Positions 22,481 to 36,775 of a stretch of DNA of 64,000 bases are shown here, piece by piece; the stretch's first letter is position 1; every line of letters begins with the position of its first letter. Position numbers and translations under genes: made by a program. The notes under the pieces were generated by a model. The model searched no databases, was not told the DNA's origin, and saw only the letters and a list, made by a program, of their open reading frames with translations. This stretch comes from Octopus sinensis (lineage: Eukaryota): contig NC_043003.1 in NCBI RefSeq assembly GCF_006345805.1, forward strand, positions 96,720,001 to 96,784,000. The letters are read 5' to 3'.

Positions 22481-24250
22481 GGATTTTATTACTACCCACA
22501 AGGGGCGAACATAGAGGGGACAATACAATCGAGGAACTTAAAATAAGAAAGCGAAATGACAAGAAAAGGAAAAAATTAAAAGTAAAAAATGACATATGAA
22601 AGAATATTTACAATGAGATGTAAATGCCCACTCGATCCCCGAAATCGAGAGGTTACATTTTCGTCACATATATTTTACAATATTTTCTTTTTTTTTTTTT
22701 TTTTCTTCTTTCTTCTCTCTCTCTCACATTTTATACGTATTCCATAATACCTTTCAAGTCTCTAAAGTCAATCACTGAGCCCTCAGGCAGCCGCTCTTTC
22801 ATTCGAACACCCGTGTAAAAAATTACACTCTCTCCAGCTGCTCTGAGGAACTCAGCGACTCTTTCTTCGGGGATCAGAGCAGTCTCCTGCCACTGATCAG
22901 TCATCCTGTTGACCCACACATGTCCCTCCGTACTACATGTCAATTCCTTCATTTCAGGGGTGAAATGGAAGGTTATTAACTTGTAGTAATCTTGTTTTCG
23001 TCCTACGTTTTCCTCGTTTTTCTTTTCGGGCTTACTTCTTCCTTGTTCTCCTCTCTTTGTTTCTCTCTTCTCTCTTTTTGCTTTCTTTTCTTTCTTCTTC
23101 CTTCTCTTGTCTTTTTGGTTCTTTGTCTGTTCTCTCTTTCTCTCGTGTTTTATGTTCCTTTTCTTTTTCTTTTTGTGTGCCGTCTTTTCTTTTCGTTTGA
23201 TTCTGATCTCTCTCTTGTTTTTTTCTGTTGTTTCTTTTTCCTTTTTCTTTTCCTGACTCTGTTTTGGTTCCATTTCTTTCTTTTCTTTTATATCTTTTTC
23301 TTTCGTTGACTTATTATTTCCTTTCTCTTGTTGTTTTGTCTCCTTTTCTATGTTTTCTTTTTCATTTACTTATTCTTCCTTTCTTCAAGTTCCTGCTCGT
23401 ACTCCGCTATGAATTCGTATAGCGGGCACTCTTTTTTAATGTGCCCCCTTGTCCTGCACAAGTAGCAGTTTGGCTTTCTACCCTCTACAATTACACTGAG
23501 GGTTTTCTCGTCTTCGATTTCTATTCTGTAGGGGAACCTTTCAATGTCCTCTTTTGTGGCCATCAAACACAGTTCTACCCCATATCCTCTCCAGTTTACT
23601 GCATTGGACTCCTTAAAGGATTCCACCTCCACTTCCTCTTCTGCTGCTCCCAGAATAGCTGTTGCCAGCCACTCTGTTTTTATTCTGGGGGTATATTCGG
23701 GATTTTAACCCGGACCCCTCTTCTTCCCTTGTATGAGGGCCACATTATGAATGTTTCCGCTCTTAGAACAGTGGTAGCCAGTGAGGCTGCAATTTCTTCC
23801 GTTGCACATCTCACCTCCACCGTACCAATTTTTTTCCTCTACTCACGTAGGTCGATTTATCCATTATGTCTCCCAGACATTTTTCGATCTCTGCTATCTC
23901 CACTCTTGCCAGTTTCTTTGTACTTTTGTCCTGGGTTCTATACGTTACAGTTTTGTTTTCTTGTCCTCTTTTGCTTTCGCGGGGGGGATTAGCTTCACGC
24001 TATCACCCTCCCTTTTGAATAGCTTTTCGTATTCTTTGAGTTTATTCTTCTCAAAGAAAACATCCTTCACGACTATCGAGCAATCATTACTTCTCTTTCC
24101 CGTGACCCCCGCGTAAGTCGCCATGACTAGAGGGTCAATTCACCTTCTTCGGAAGGTTTCCACACGTAGAGGCAAACGCCTCGCGCGATAATTATCAATT
24201 TACACAACAAAATTCCTGTCTAGTCACAGATAACAACACACTTGGGTAAA
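22481..24250 (-). mobile_element. Array unit U10: ORF1-only element, family b variant (ORF1 22731-24124); last unit before flank
   Basis: Near-identical to U6-U9; followed by TTTCCGCCGTG and non-array flank. Confidence 0.9.
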
Positions 24251-24340
24251 TTTCCGCCGTGGGTTCAAATATTCTTTCTTCTCTACATTGTATACTTTAT
24301 AGACAATAGACTTTTCTTTAATTTCATTTTTTATTATCCA
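24251..24340 (-). pseudogene. Upstream part of a decayed Tx1-like ORF1 relic forming the array's right flank
   Basis: Minus-strand translation IKEKSIVYKVYNVEKKEYLN resembles ORF1a IEKKRIIYKTYDTTKK and ORF1b ENKTVTYRTQDK; paralogous to 46206-46300. Confidence 0.6.
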
Positions 24341-24574
24341 TCTGGACTATTCCATTTCTGTACGCTAATTTTATATTTAATTTATTCCCATTCATGGGAA
24401 ACCACTTATTCAAGTTCAAGTCATTGATGCAATTTTATATCAATTGTTATTTTTATTTTATTTTTATGTTACGATTATATTATACTTTAGTTTGATTTTA
24501 ATTATTACTTACTACATATAATTCAATTGATATTATTATTTTTATTGTTAAAGTGAAAGTATCTGACATAAAAT

Positions 24575-24950
24575 AGAGAAAATGTTTTTGTTTCACTTTT
24601 AACACGTAATACTGAAATAGTGGAGAAGATATGATATTGCTATGGGCTCGCTCTAGGCAAGAAGTTAAACTTTTTTGCCCATGAAACTACAGGGACGCTA
24701 AGTAAGCCATGTGTAAAATTTGAATGAAATTGGTCGTGTAGTTCTCAAGTTTTAGGGAATCGTAGTGGAGAAGATATGATATTGCTGTGGGCTCGCCCTA
24801 GTCAAAAAGTTCAAAATTTTTTTTGGCGATATCACTCTCCGGTCATGTGTAAGGCATGTGTAAAATTTGACTGAAATTGGTTGTGTAGTTCTCAAGTTTT
24901 AGGGAAACACACAGACAGACAGACAGACAGAAACATATTCTCAATTTTAT
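24575..24950. repeat. Unclassified interspersed repeat (also ~28135-28345, ~46525-46870, ~47510-47720)
   Basis: Recurring TTTTAACACGTAATACTGAAATAGTGGAGAAGATA...GAAATTGGT...TTTTAGGGAAAC block. Confidence 0.6.
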
Positions 24951-25548
24951 ATATATAAAGATAATTCAATCTAGCAGCTATAGTAAGTGGTATAAGCACA
25001 TGTCGATCTGGACTAATTCTCTTCTGCACTCAATTAAAATTTTCATATTTTAATTTCTCCCATTCATGCAAAGCCACATATTCAAGTTCAAGTCCTTGAT
25101 ACATTTTATACTAATTGCTATTTTTTCTTTTCATTGTTATATAACGATTTAATTACCATTTTAATAAAATAAAATATATTTAATTACTACTTACTATATT
25201 TACTATATTTAATTCAATTGTTATTATTACCTCTAACTTTTTTTGCAATTTTTTTTCTAAATTTCTTATGGAACGTCGAGTGGATCGTATGCGTACAATA
25301 TATTTTTATATGCTGTTTATATATTTGTATATTACTATATATTTCTAAACGTCGGACTTTATGCCTGTTCAGTAGATATAAATGAATATATGAATATATG
25401 TATGTGTTTGATCTTTCTGTGGATTTTGTAGTGCTTTTGTAGGTGCTGCTCGCATTGCCTCACCTAGGATTAAAAAGTGTATACAGCTCTGCTATATATT
25501 TTGAGCGTTGTTGTCACTAACGATCTCAAGATATTACTTTATATTTTG

Positions 25549-25740
<192 letters not shown>

Positions 25741-25745
<5 letters not shown>

Positions 25746-26750
25746 GAAAGAAGGTTTGAAAATGCAATTTAAAAGATGTTTATTTACTTAACCGGTTTCA
25801 GTCTTTGGAAAAAGATTGTCAAAATTAACATGGAATATTATGAATTCAAAAAATTTTTTTTACATAATTGCCACATTACATGTATATATACAGTCTTTGG
25901 TAACAGGGACATGTTAAGGACATAAAGAAGTACAACAGTGTGATGAGAATATTTGAAAAAATGGGCAGAAAAGAATAAAACAAATATGTTATTGGAAGTT
26001 TGGTTGCGTTAATTATTGGTTGTTGCAATTTGCCACATTACATGTATATATACAGTCTTTGGTAACAAGGACATGTTAAGGACATAAGAAAGTACAACAG
26101 TATGATGAGAATATTTGAAAAAATGGGCAGAAAAGATTAAAACAAATATATTATACATCTCAGGGTCAGTACAGAATATTATGAATTCAAGGCGAGCTTG
26201 TTTACTGACCTGTCCGTTTTAGCAGAAATGTAGAATTGAAAAAGATGTACCCGTTTTTTTCTTTTTTTGGCTTTCCTTCAAGCATCAGTGATTTTGGGGT
26301 TAGGATGAGGTGAATATGTGTGTCTCTCTGCGTGTGTGTGAATAGATGTGTCTGTGTGTCTGTAGTATTTGGTCAGATGGCGTCTGTTTGTCAAGTGTGT
26401 GTGGTTGTCATGGTGTTGTGTGTGCGCGTGCGTGTGTGCGTGTGCGTGCGTGTGTACGCATGCATGAGTGTGGATGGCATTTGACAACCAAACTTCCAAT
26501 AACATATTTGTTTTATACTTTTTTGCCCATTTTTTCAAGTATTCTCATCACACTGTTGTACTTCTTTATGTCCTTAACATGTCCCTGTTACCAAAGACTG
26601 TATATATACATGTAATGTGGCAATTATGTAAAAAATGTTTTTTGAATTCATAATATTCTATGTTACTTTTGACAATCTTTTTCCAAAGAGTGAAACCGGT
26701 TAAGTAAATAAACATCTTTTAAATTGCATTTTCAAACCTTCTTTCGTATA
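25741..26750. repeat. ~266-bp inverted repeat (25741-26006 / 26485-26750) with a degenerate hammerhead-like motif in each arm
   Basis: Arms are reverse complements with scattered substitutions; partial tandem copy of the left arm at ~26015-26150. Confidence 0.85.
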
Positions 26751-26787
26751 TAATTCCACTCATGCGATACCCCACAACTCAACTCTG

Positions 26788-26826
<39 letters not shown>

Positions 26827-27498
26827 TATATACATATATATATGAAAGCGAACAAAGGCCCTTTAATAAACACAATCGTCAAAAGATCCTACAGGTGTTT
26901 ACACTGGAAAAGACACACCTTTCAGTCATATAAATAGTGACTAATATATATAACCCCTCGATTTCCAAAATAAATATTTCCTATATTTCACCCCAATAGT
27001 CAAAAAGATTTTCTTATATTCCCAATTACTACTATCCATTCTTGCGTTGCCTCTCACTTCGCCCGATTCTTTCTCCCTTTCGCTATCTACTTTCCTTTCT
27101 CTACAGTAAACATAATCGAACACACAGACACAGATCTTTCACCTCACAGCTGTCAGTTTTCTGACATCTACCCATCCACAAACACAATCACGCATTCAGA
27201 CACACACATACACACATTAAGACAGTTATATACAGTCACACACACATACACTCATTCACAAAAGAAATCATTTAAACCCACCATTCTTTTGACCTGCACT
27301 CTCTCACCTTACTATTCTTATGCCTCCCTCCTCCTACTTCGTTTGAACTCTTGAACCTTTAGAAACTTCTAGATTCTTCTACATTTAGCCACTCTGACGT
27401 CACTCATTATAAAGAGACACTCATTATCGCCATAGGCTCCTTGAGAGCGGTCAGCTAAAAGTTTTTTGTGCATTTTGATTTCGACATAAGTTCCATGA

Positions 27499-27581
27499 TT
27501 TTCCTGATGAGAAATCTGCATAATGTACTCCTTATTCCATCGGAATTAGGAATATGCAGCCTTCGAAACATATATCGAGAA
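27499..27581 (+). ncRNA. Type I hammerhead ribozyme-like motif, stem III imperfect
   Basis: TTTTC-CTGATGA-long stem II (GAAATCTGCATA/TATGCAGCCTTC)-GAAA-CATATA-TC-GAGAA. Confidence 0.5.
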
Positions 27582-27777
27582 AAGATATTTGTTAACTCGT
27601 TCAACTCCATTCTTCATATACTTATAATTTTAAAATAAACATACAAATTTCCGCACGAAGACACGTAGTCTATGCCCTAGGGACGTAGCTTTACCGTGTT
27701 CTTTCTGATGTGAATTTGCTACCCAGGTATCGGTTATCTTTCGAATTATCCTTAATAAGATAATTCATTCAATTACT

Positions 27778-27821
<44 letters not shown>

Positions 27822-27936
27822 GTATATTAACAATTGACGATAAAATCTTTAAAAGAAATTATCAGTAGTCAGCGTGAAAAACCTCGTAAGAGAAAAAATC
27901 CGTAAATTCTTCCTCTTTGAAAATATTCATTTATAT

Positions 27937-28108
<172 letters not shown>

Positions 28109-28367
28109 TATATATACATCCATATACATACACTAGAGAGATGTTTTTGTTTCACTTTTAACACGTAATACTGAAATAGTGGAGAAGATATAATACTGCT
28201 CTGGGCTCGCTCTGGGCAAGAATTAAACATTTTTTGCCGATGACACTCCCCGGACCCTAAGTAAGACATGTGTGAAATTTGAATGAAATTGGTTGCGTAG
28301 TTATCAAGTTTTAGGGAAACACACAGACAGACTGACAGACAGACAGACACACACACATTCTCAGTTT

Positions 28368-28398
<31 letters not shown>

Positions 28399-28650
28399 TA
28401 TATATATTATATACGCACACACACACACACATAAAGAAAATGATGGATTTAGTTCACTTATGATCTAAAGGAATAGGTGCTACAGTTGGTCGACTGTTAC
28501 GTTCCCAGATCACAACTAAGGATGGATCTAGGGATCCGTTTTAGGGTTCCATTATAGATGGTATATATCATATTAGAGGAAAATCAAAACCAAGTCAGAA
28601 CGAGTATCTCAAGTCATTTAAAATAATCTAATGAGGGTAAGGTGAATTGG

Positions 28651-28730
28651 AAGTCTTACAGCCGTTTCCGGAATAACACGAGTAGTTGGTTAGCATGTCC
28701 GTGCACTGAGTATTCCGTCATCAGAGACTT
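28651..28730 (-). ncRNA. Canonical type I hammerhead ribozyme motif
   Basis: AAGTCT-CTGATGA-CGGAATA-(35 nt)-TATTCCG-GAAA-CGGCTG-TA-AGACTT: intact core, 6-bp stem I, 7-bp stem II. Confidence 0.78.
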
Positions 28731-28942
28731 TTTACTGCCGAGATTTACCTGTGTTTTTCACTGAAAACCTGTACCTTCATAGAAGTACTGACCAACATCC
28801 ATATCCTATGGAAAAAGTGGGTTGTGAACACTATTCTCCTGCCTATATTCTTCTAACTACTTTTACTCTTAATTCTTCTATTTTATTCCTTTATTATTTT
28901 ATGTTATTCCTTATAAATTGTGAATTTTATTCCTTGTGTGTG

Positions 28943-28985
<43 letters not shown>

Positions 28986-30770
28986 CGTGTGTGTGTGCCT
29001 GTGTCTGTGCGTGTGTGTGTGTCTATGTGTGTGCGTGTGTATATAGTTATATCCTGGTAAGTACAGTATAAAGTTCTTTCGCGCGTACCTGGAAAAGGAC
29101 CTGGCTTCCAGGGACGCGACAAGTGAACCCCACGTTTAAGTGCTAAAAAGTTATTGTTCGTCTTATCCTTAACCAATCCCCCATCAACAAAAATTATAAC
29201 TTCAATTGCCAGAGTGTTTGAGCTGGTTTAAAATGATCTTGTTTCGCTTCTGGCGTACTCGTGTTGAATTTTGTCTGAGGTGACTTCGGATATCATTCTT
29301 TTGCCTATATTCTTGTGAAGAAGGTAAACTGAATTCTTCCTGCAAAATATTCGGAATTATATGTTGTCTGGATTTGATTTTCCAATTAAACTTTATAACT
29401 TTCCCACATCGCTTTTAACTATAACTGACGACCACACAAAAGTTTCCTTTATAAATTGCCGTACCCAATCCGCCATCAACAAAAAATATAACTCAAACTG
29501 CCAGTGTTTGAGCTGGTCTAAAATGATCTTGTTTCGCTTCTGGCGTACTCGTGTTGAATTTTCTCAGACAGACAGACATACATACATACGGACAGACAGA
29601 CACACATATTTGCGTGTATACACACACACGCACACACATACATACATACACATACACACACACTACCATGATCTTTCATATGTACGTACATACATAAATA
29701 ACTACATACCTTATGCAAGTGTGTTTTTGTGTGTGTATGACTTAATACAACACACACACACACATATACACTCATTGCCGGCGAAGGTAAAAAATAGGCA
29801 CACACGGTGTTTAGGGTCAGGGTTACGCTGAAAACGAGTAGCATTCTTCACCTCCGCTCCATTACCTTTCATATACAGAAACCGGTATAACGACACGAAC
29901 ACCCATTATTTTCATGTACGTCTACATAATAGTGCTCTCCCACCCGCCTCTTTCACTTTAGAAAATAAAATAAAATAACGATCAACTAGTGACAAATGCG
30001 AGTGATCAACAACGGCTGTCAAAGCAATACGCATTGAGAGGCATTTTCTTATCTTCAATTATTTGTGTCTTTCCGTACAAACTGAAATCACACCAAAATG
30101 ATTATCACACCAAAACTCAGTGTTTTAGTTTCAAAGTATTCCAGTACATTTTTACACAATGCGCATTTTGTACTTGTTGTTCTTCTGATCGTTGGTGTAG
30201 TTTTGTGATTGCCGAGTGTATTACTGTTACGGTTAATATGTTGTTATTCAGTTACAAGTGAAACTTCACTGAATAGAAATATCATCTAAAAATTCATTAC
30301 CACATTGTTCTTTCTCTCAGGTGTTAAATACAAAAGTTAGTTTTATGCAATACACATTTCCGTTTCTAATACGGAAGTGTGTAAGAGTTTGACTTCCATC
30401 AAGTTGAGAAATAACATAAAAACCCGCTATATGCTCGTGGATTGGTCGCATCAGTGGATAGGTCGCAGCATCAGTTGATAGGTCGCATCCTTAGTTTGTG
30501 GTTGTTAACGTAGATATTTGCGGTTGGCTCGTAGATAGGTCGCACAGTAATCTGGTGAGATACATTGGCCTCTTTATAACGCAAGTATAGCTAATATTTG
30601 TTAAATATTATCAAATATTCACCTTTATTTCTAAATTTTACTTGCAAAAAATAAAAATATTTTTGCGGCAGTGACTTTATGAAAGGTACATGCTAACACT
30701 TCCAATCAGCTAAGATCAGGAGCCATGAGAGCACTGCCTGGTACTGCATCAGGGCATTTATTATTATCAT

Positions 30771-31000
<230 letters not shown>

Positions 31001-31183
31001 CCCAAGACAAAAAAAAAACTCAATAAAATTAAGGAGGTGGGGTGCTTTTGCCGTACCTCCGTCATTGCATGTATATATGTATGTATGTACTCACACACAC
31101 ACATGTATGTTTGTCTGTCTATACGTCTGTCTGTCTGCCTGTATGTATGTATGTATGTGTGTATGTATGTGTATGTATGTATG

Positions 31184-31214
<31 letters not shown>

Positions 31215-31649
31215 GTATGTACGTATGTATGCATACATGCATGCATGTACATGTATATGTACTAGCGACACCCGTGAATATTTCACGGAATTAATAGTAA
31301 ACCTATTGGGTTACTCCTGAAAACCTTTCCAAAAAGCCTGAAAGCGTAGCCTGTACTGTGTCTGTATCAAAAGATAGTCGCTCATCTGCTATTCATTGAA
31401 AAATGAAAGAAATCATTATTTCACGTTCAAATAACGACCATTTTTACACCTACGTTTATGTACTAGTTGTCTCTGGAATCAAAACCATTTTCAGAAAGGT
31501 ATAAAGAGCATCATACTGAAGGAGGAGGATTTTGTCAGTTATGCAGTGTGAAAAATTTAAACTTGAAGCACGACATGAAGACGATTGAAACTAGTGAAAA
31601 CTAACAAGTTTAGAGTTAATAAATCGAGTGAAAACTAATCCTAAATCAT

Positions 31650-31732
31650 TAACTATTGATAGAAAAAGAAATTCTGGTCATCTTCAACTGTAGTAGTTTT
31701 GCACGCACGCACACACACACAGACACACACAG

Positions 31733-31802
<70 letters not shown>

Positions 31803-32210
31803 TATGGAAATTTTTGCCCCGACAAGCAACACAAGTCTCAAATAAGCTGCAAGTTCGCTCATACAGACGGGTTTTGTTTGCTTAATGATTCAAGGGAAGT
31901 AAGCAAAAGTCCAATCATTCAAGGAAGTAAGCAAAAAGTATTTAGGTATCCGCTCGTTTCCATGGCATCTGCAGCCGCTGTCAATTCCAGTTTCGGGTCA
32001 TAATAAGTTAGTGATAAATCAGATTGCAATAATTCTTTCGCCTCTTCAAAGGCTTCATGTTTTTGTATCTTTCTGAAGCAGATGGTTTAAAGGTTCACTG
32101 AAACGTTGCATGGAAGGTAGGATCATACTTTAATAGCTAAGCAGCCCAAGAACGATCTCAGTTGGTTTACATCTGATGGAACTGACATTTTCAAAATTGC
32201 TTCTACGTTT
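31650..32210 (-). pseudogene. Rearranged Ty3/Gypsy RT-connection/RNase H relic (also ~59240-59830)
   Basis: Minus strand VEAILKMSVPSDVNQLRSFLG and EAKELLQSDLSLTYYDPKLE..AADA; plus strand IEKEILVIF (NYSQIEKE-type motif). Confidence 0.6.
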
Positions 32211-32389
32211 GTTAGATAAGACGAACAATAAATTTTTAGCACTTAAACGTGGGCTTCAACATGTCACGTCCCTGAAAGATAGGACCTTTTCCATGTATGC
32301 GTGAACCAACTTTATACTGTACTTAACTGGATATAACTATACACTCACACACGCTCACACGCACACATACATAAACACACGCACACACA

Positions 32390-32434
<45 letters not shown>

Positions 32435-33115
32435 ACGCACACACATCATTATCTCTGTATTATAATGCTGAAATGCGAAAATCCCTATTTTAAAAGGTGT
32501 CGTTGCTAGGGCCAAAAACGTACTTTGACAAGTCTACTCACATTCTTTTATATATCTGTCTTCCTCCATCACTCACTCTCTTTTCTCCCTTCCCATCAAT
32601 TTCTATCTATAACGTCGTTTCACAGCGTCTAATTCCCTTCCTTTCACATTCTCTCTATAACGTCGTTTCACAGCGTCTAACTCCCTTCCTTTCACATTCT
32701 CTCTATAACGTTATAGAGAGAACGTGAAAGGAAGGGAGAAAGTAATAATGAGTGAATGAGAATAAGGACGAAGGGTTTGAAAAGCGTAAAAATATTTTCT
32801 TTCTCAACTTACTCAACATCTTTTGTTGTTTATAAATGGGAGAGAGATAGATAGAGAAAGATAGAGAGTAAGAGAAACGAGGGAAAGTCTATTATATTTC
32901 CCTTCCGCCTTCACCAGCGCTGTCACTCTCTCTCTCTCTTTACGTCTGTCTGCATTCATAGAGAGAATTATCATCGCTACCACCACCACCACCACCACCC
33001 AATCATGAGAACAAATATTATCAATCAGATAATTATTGGGTTAATTTATATGTGTGTGTGTGTTCTATATATAAATATGTATATATTACGTATATATACA
33101 AAGTGTATATATCAG

Positions 33116-33161
<46 letters not shown>

Positions 33162-33236
33162 GTATACATTTGTATATACAATGCGTACACACACACACAC
33201 ACACACACGCGCACACACACACACACACACACACAC

Positions 33237-33268
<32 letters not shown>

Positions 33269-34826
33269 ATGTGTGCATTATGTGGTCGGTTGAGCGGAAA
33301 ACATGCACACCTATGTTAAAAGTACTGGCGTTACCTCTAGGACAACATTCCTCATCTTATAAAATGTGGCCCGAGTAGACCCGAGTGAAATCAGGTAATA
33401 TTAACCAAAATGTGAAAAGGGGTCTAAATGGGGCCGGAAGGGGATTAAAATTTACAGGAGCGGGTGTTTAGGAATTCTCTGTTACATCAAGCTAAAAAAT
33501 TTGCGCCAGCCTTTTAATCGTCAATGTGTTGCCGTCCATGATGAAGAAGTTTTGAATGCTTGCCATGGTGAGTCTACTGTCGTGAGAAAGAATCACTTCA
33601 AAGCTTGATGTCTAGCAATTTTCTTTTACATCAAGTTCAAAGTTTTACGCTAGCCGTTAAACTGCCACTGCGTTGCTGTCCGTCGTTAAGAAATGCCAGC
33701 CATGGTGACTCTACTATCCTCACATTCTATCCCTTCAAACTTTGGTTTCCAAGATTCTATTATTTTTATTCAGCTTGCAAGTTCGTCTGTCCCTTTTAAA
33801 TGTTCGTGTTTTACTGTCTGCCTTGAAGTAGACCTTTCCGTTGTCACTGCCTGATATTTATGATTGATATTTTAAAATATTTTCATTCTCACCTTACTCA
33901 AGATCTTTTCTTTTTTATAAATGGGAGAGAGATAGATAAAGATAGAGAGTAAGAGAAAGCGAGGGAGAGTCCGAGAGAAAGGAAGAGTAAGAGAGTGGGA
34001 AAGTGAAAGAGAATGAAGAGAGAAACAAAGAGGGAGAATCAACATCATCATAATCGTTCAATGTCCGTTTTCCGTGCTAGCACGGTTTGAACGGTTTGAC
34101 CGGGGTCTGGGAAGCCAGGAGGCTGCACCAGGCTCCAGTCTGATCTGGCAGTGTTTCTACAGCTGGATGCCCTTTCTAACGCCAACTACTCTGTGATTGT
34201 AGTGGGTGCTTATTTCGTGCCACCGGCACAGGTGCCAGGGGGTGCTGGCAGCGGCCACGATTGGTTGGTGCTTTTTACGTGCAACCGGCACGGAAGCCAG
34301 TCAAGGCGCCGCTGCCATCGGCCACGTTCGGATGGTGCTTTTTACGTGCCGAAAGGAAATAACAGAAAGTAACAACCATACTCTTACCTGCGCGTAGAGC
34401 GGGTCACCTTAAGCTAGTCTCTATATTATAATTCTGAAATGCGAAAAGTTTGCTTGTTTATCTGGTTTTGGCATTGAGAACGGTTTAAATGCTACTAGAT
34501 CCCGTCGGATTGACTCCAAAATTTACAGGGTCTTGTAAAATGAGGCGAAGATGCGAGTGATCTTGGTTATAAATCTCCATCTTAAAAGGTGTCGTTGCTA
34601 GGGGCAAAAACGCACTTTGACAAGTGTACTCTCATTCTTTAATGTATCTGTCTTCCTCCATCACTCACTCTCTTTCCTCCCTTCCTTTCAAATTCTATCT
34701 ATAACGTCGTTTCACAGCGTCTATTATCTTTCCCTCGCACCATCACATTCTATTGTGTGCCTGTCTTCTTCCAACTCTCTATAACGTCATTTGATAGTGT
34801 CTACTATCTTTCCTTCACCAGCGCTG

Positions 34827-34873
<47 letters not shown>

Positions 34874-36395
34874 ACGTTTTCTACATTCATAAAGAGAATT
34901 ATCATCGCCACCACCACCACACAATCATGAGAATCTTTCTCTTAAAACAAATCATATTTAGGTTTCAAAATATTTCATTTTTCACTCCTCTCTTTCATAT
35001 ATCGCTTTTCTTCCTCGATCTCTCTCTTTTCCGCTCTCTCCATTTTCTCTCACTCTATAACGACGTTTGGCACCTCCGTCGTCTCTCTTTCTTCTCCAAC
35101 GCGTCTCTCAATGACAGCCGCAAAAGTTTAAATATTCCTACCACAGGTCTTTCAGAAAGGTAACAGATATTATTTATTTTTGCGTGGATAAAAAGAATTT
35201 ATTTTTGTGCTCAAGCCGACCATCGTTAATAAAAATTTTTCTGTAAATTTGAAAATTTTCCAGTTTTGTAATATTTACATCTTAACTATTTTATTCGTTT
35301 TCTCATTCTAAACCAAATCAACTTTAGGTTTCCAAGTATTTTATTTTTCAAATTTGCTTTTCGATATGTCTATGTGTAAGCGCTCCAACTTATCAAACCA
35401 CCGAGGTAGAGTTGATTACTAAAAAGCCTTTTTACCCAAAAGAAAAATATTTCTAATACGGGCTATTCGCTTGCCTTCTGGTGATAAGTTTCCGTATTTA
35501 AAATTTATTGTTTAACATTTTACTTTACTGAAAAAATTAAAATCATTAACATAATCCCTCATTCGCTATCTTTTCTCCATTTTTGTAAGCTATACTTAAA
35601 GCACATTTTTCCATGCTTTAACTGTCAATTTCAAAAAATAAGTATTCATATTTTATAAATTAAATGTCAATGAGCTCTTCGTTCTTAATGCTACATTAAT
35701 ACATTTGTCCAACAACCAAAACATCACCCACGCGTAGAGCGGGTCACCTTAAGCTAGTATCATTCATTATATTAGAAGGAAAATAAAAACCAAGGCAGAA
35801 CGAGAATCTCAAGTCATTTAGAATAATTTAATTAAGGTAAGATGAATTTGAAGTCTTTCAGCCGTTTCTGGGTCAACCCAAGTGGTTGGTAACCATGTCC
35901 GTGCACTGGGTAATCTGTCAAGGTATGAATATTTTAGACAGGGAAAATTTATAGTTCACAAGGAATAAAATTCACAGTTTATAAGGAATAAAATAAAAGA
36001 ATAAAGGAATAAAATAGAAGAATACGCACACACAGACGCACACACATACACACACAAACATACAAACATGAACACACAAACACATGAATATGCAGAATAC
36101 ATACACACAAACGTACAAAAGCATATATATATATATATATATATATGGATACACAAATACATACATACATAATACATACATACACATCTACTTATATACA
36201 TACATACATATGTGTATACACATGCAAAACTGACGCATATACATGCACACAAACAAACATACAAAAAGAACTCAGCTCCAATAACGGACACAGTCAATGA
36301 CTATTGAAAAAATAAGTAAGTAAATGAGTGGAAATCCAACCGGTGACTGTGTTAATTAACAAGGCATTAAAACAGAATGAATCTCTCCAGACACA

Positions 36396-36428
<33 letters not shown>

Positions 36429-36432
36429 CGTA

Positions 36433-36488
<56 letters not shown>

Positions 36489-36743
36489 TATACTATCTTT
36501 TGCTTGTTTCAGTCATTTGACTGCGGCCATGCTGGAGCACCGCCTTTTTAATCGTGCAACTCGACCCTGGGACTTATTCTTATGTAAGCCCAGTACTTAT
36601 TCTATCGTTCTCTTTTGCCGAACCGCTAAGTAACGGGGAAAAAATTATCTGTCACAAGTGGGATATATATATAATCAAACGATAAGGGTGAGAAAATTGG
36701 ATAATAATTTAATAGTACATCCATTTACCACCAAGTGGCTTAA

Positions 36744-36775
<32 letters not shown>

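Noticed and set aside
2894-24116. Many plus-strand F/S/L-rich ORFs overlapping the elements
   Set aside because: Antisense shadows of K/E-rich ORF1 codons and of ORF2; no independent motifs.
4395-24261. CRISPR-like reading of the regularly repeated 11-mer
   Set aside because: Repeat is too short, spacers are 1.8-5.2 kb retroelements, DNA is eukaryotic and there are no cas genes.
24255-24275. GGGTTCAAAT beside the target as a tRNA B-box, i.e. tRNA-gene targeting
   Set aside because: No A-box or cloverleaf; the flank translates as an ORF1 relic.
26875-26950. Hammerhead-like GAAA/stem arrangement on the minus strand
   Set aside because: No correctly placed CUGANGA core and a G at the cleavage position.
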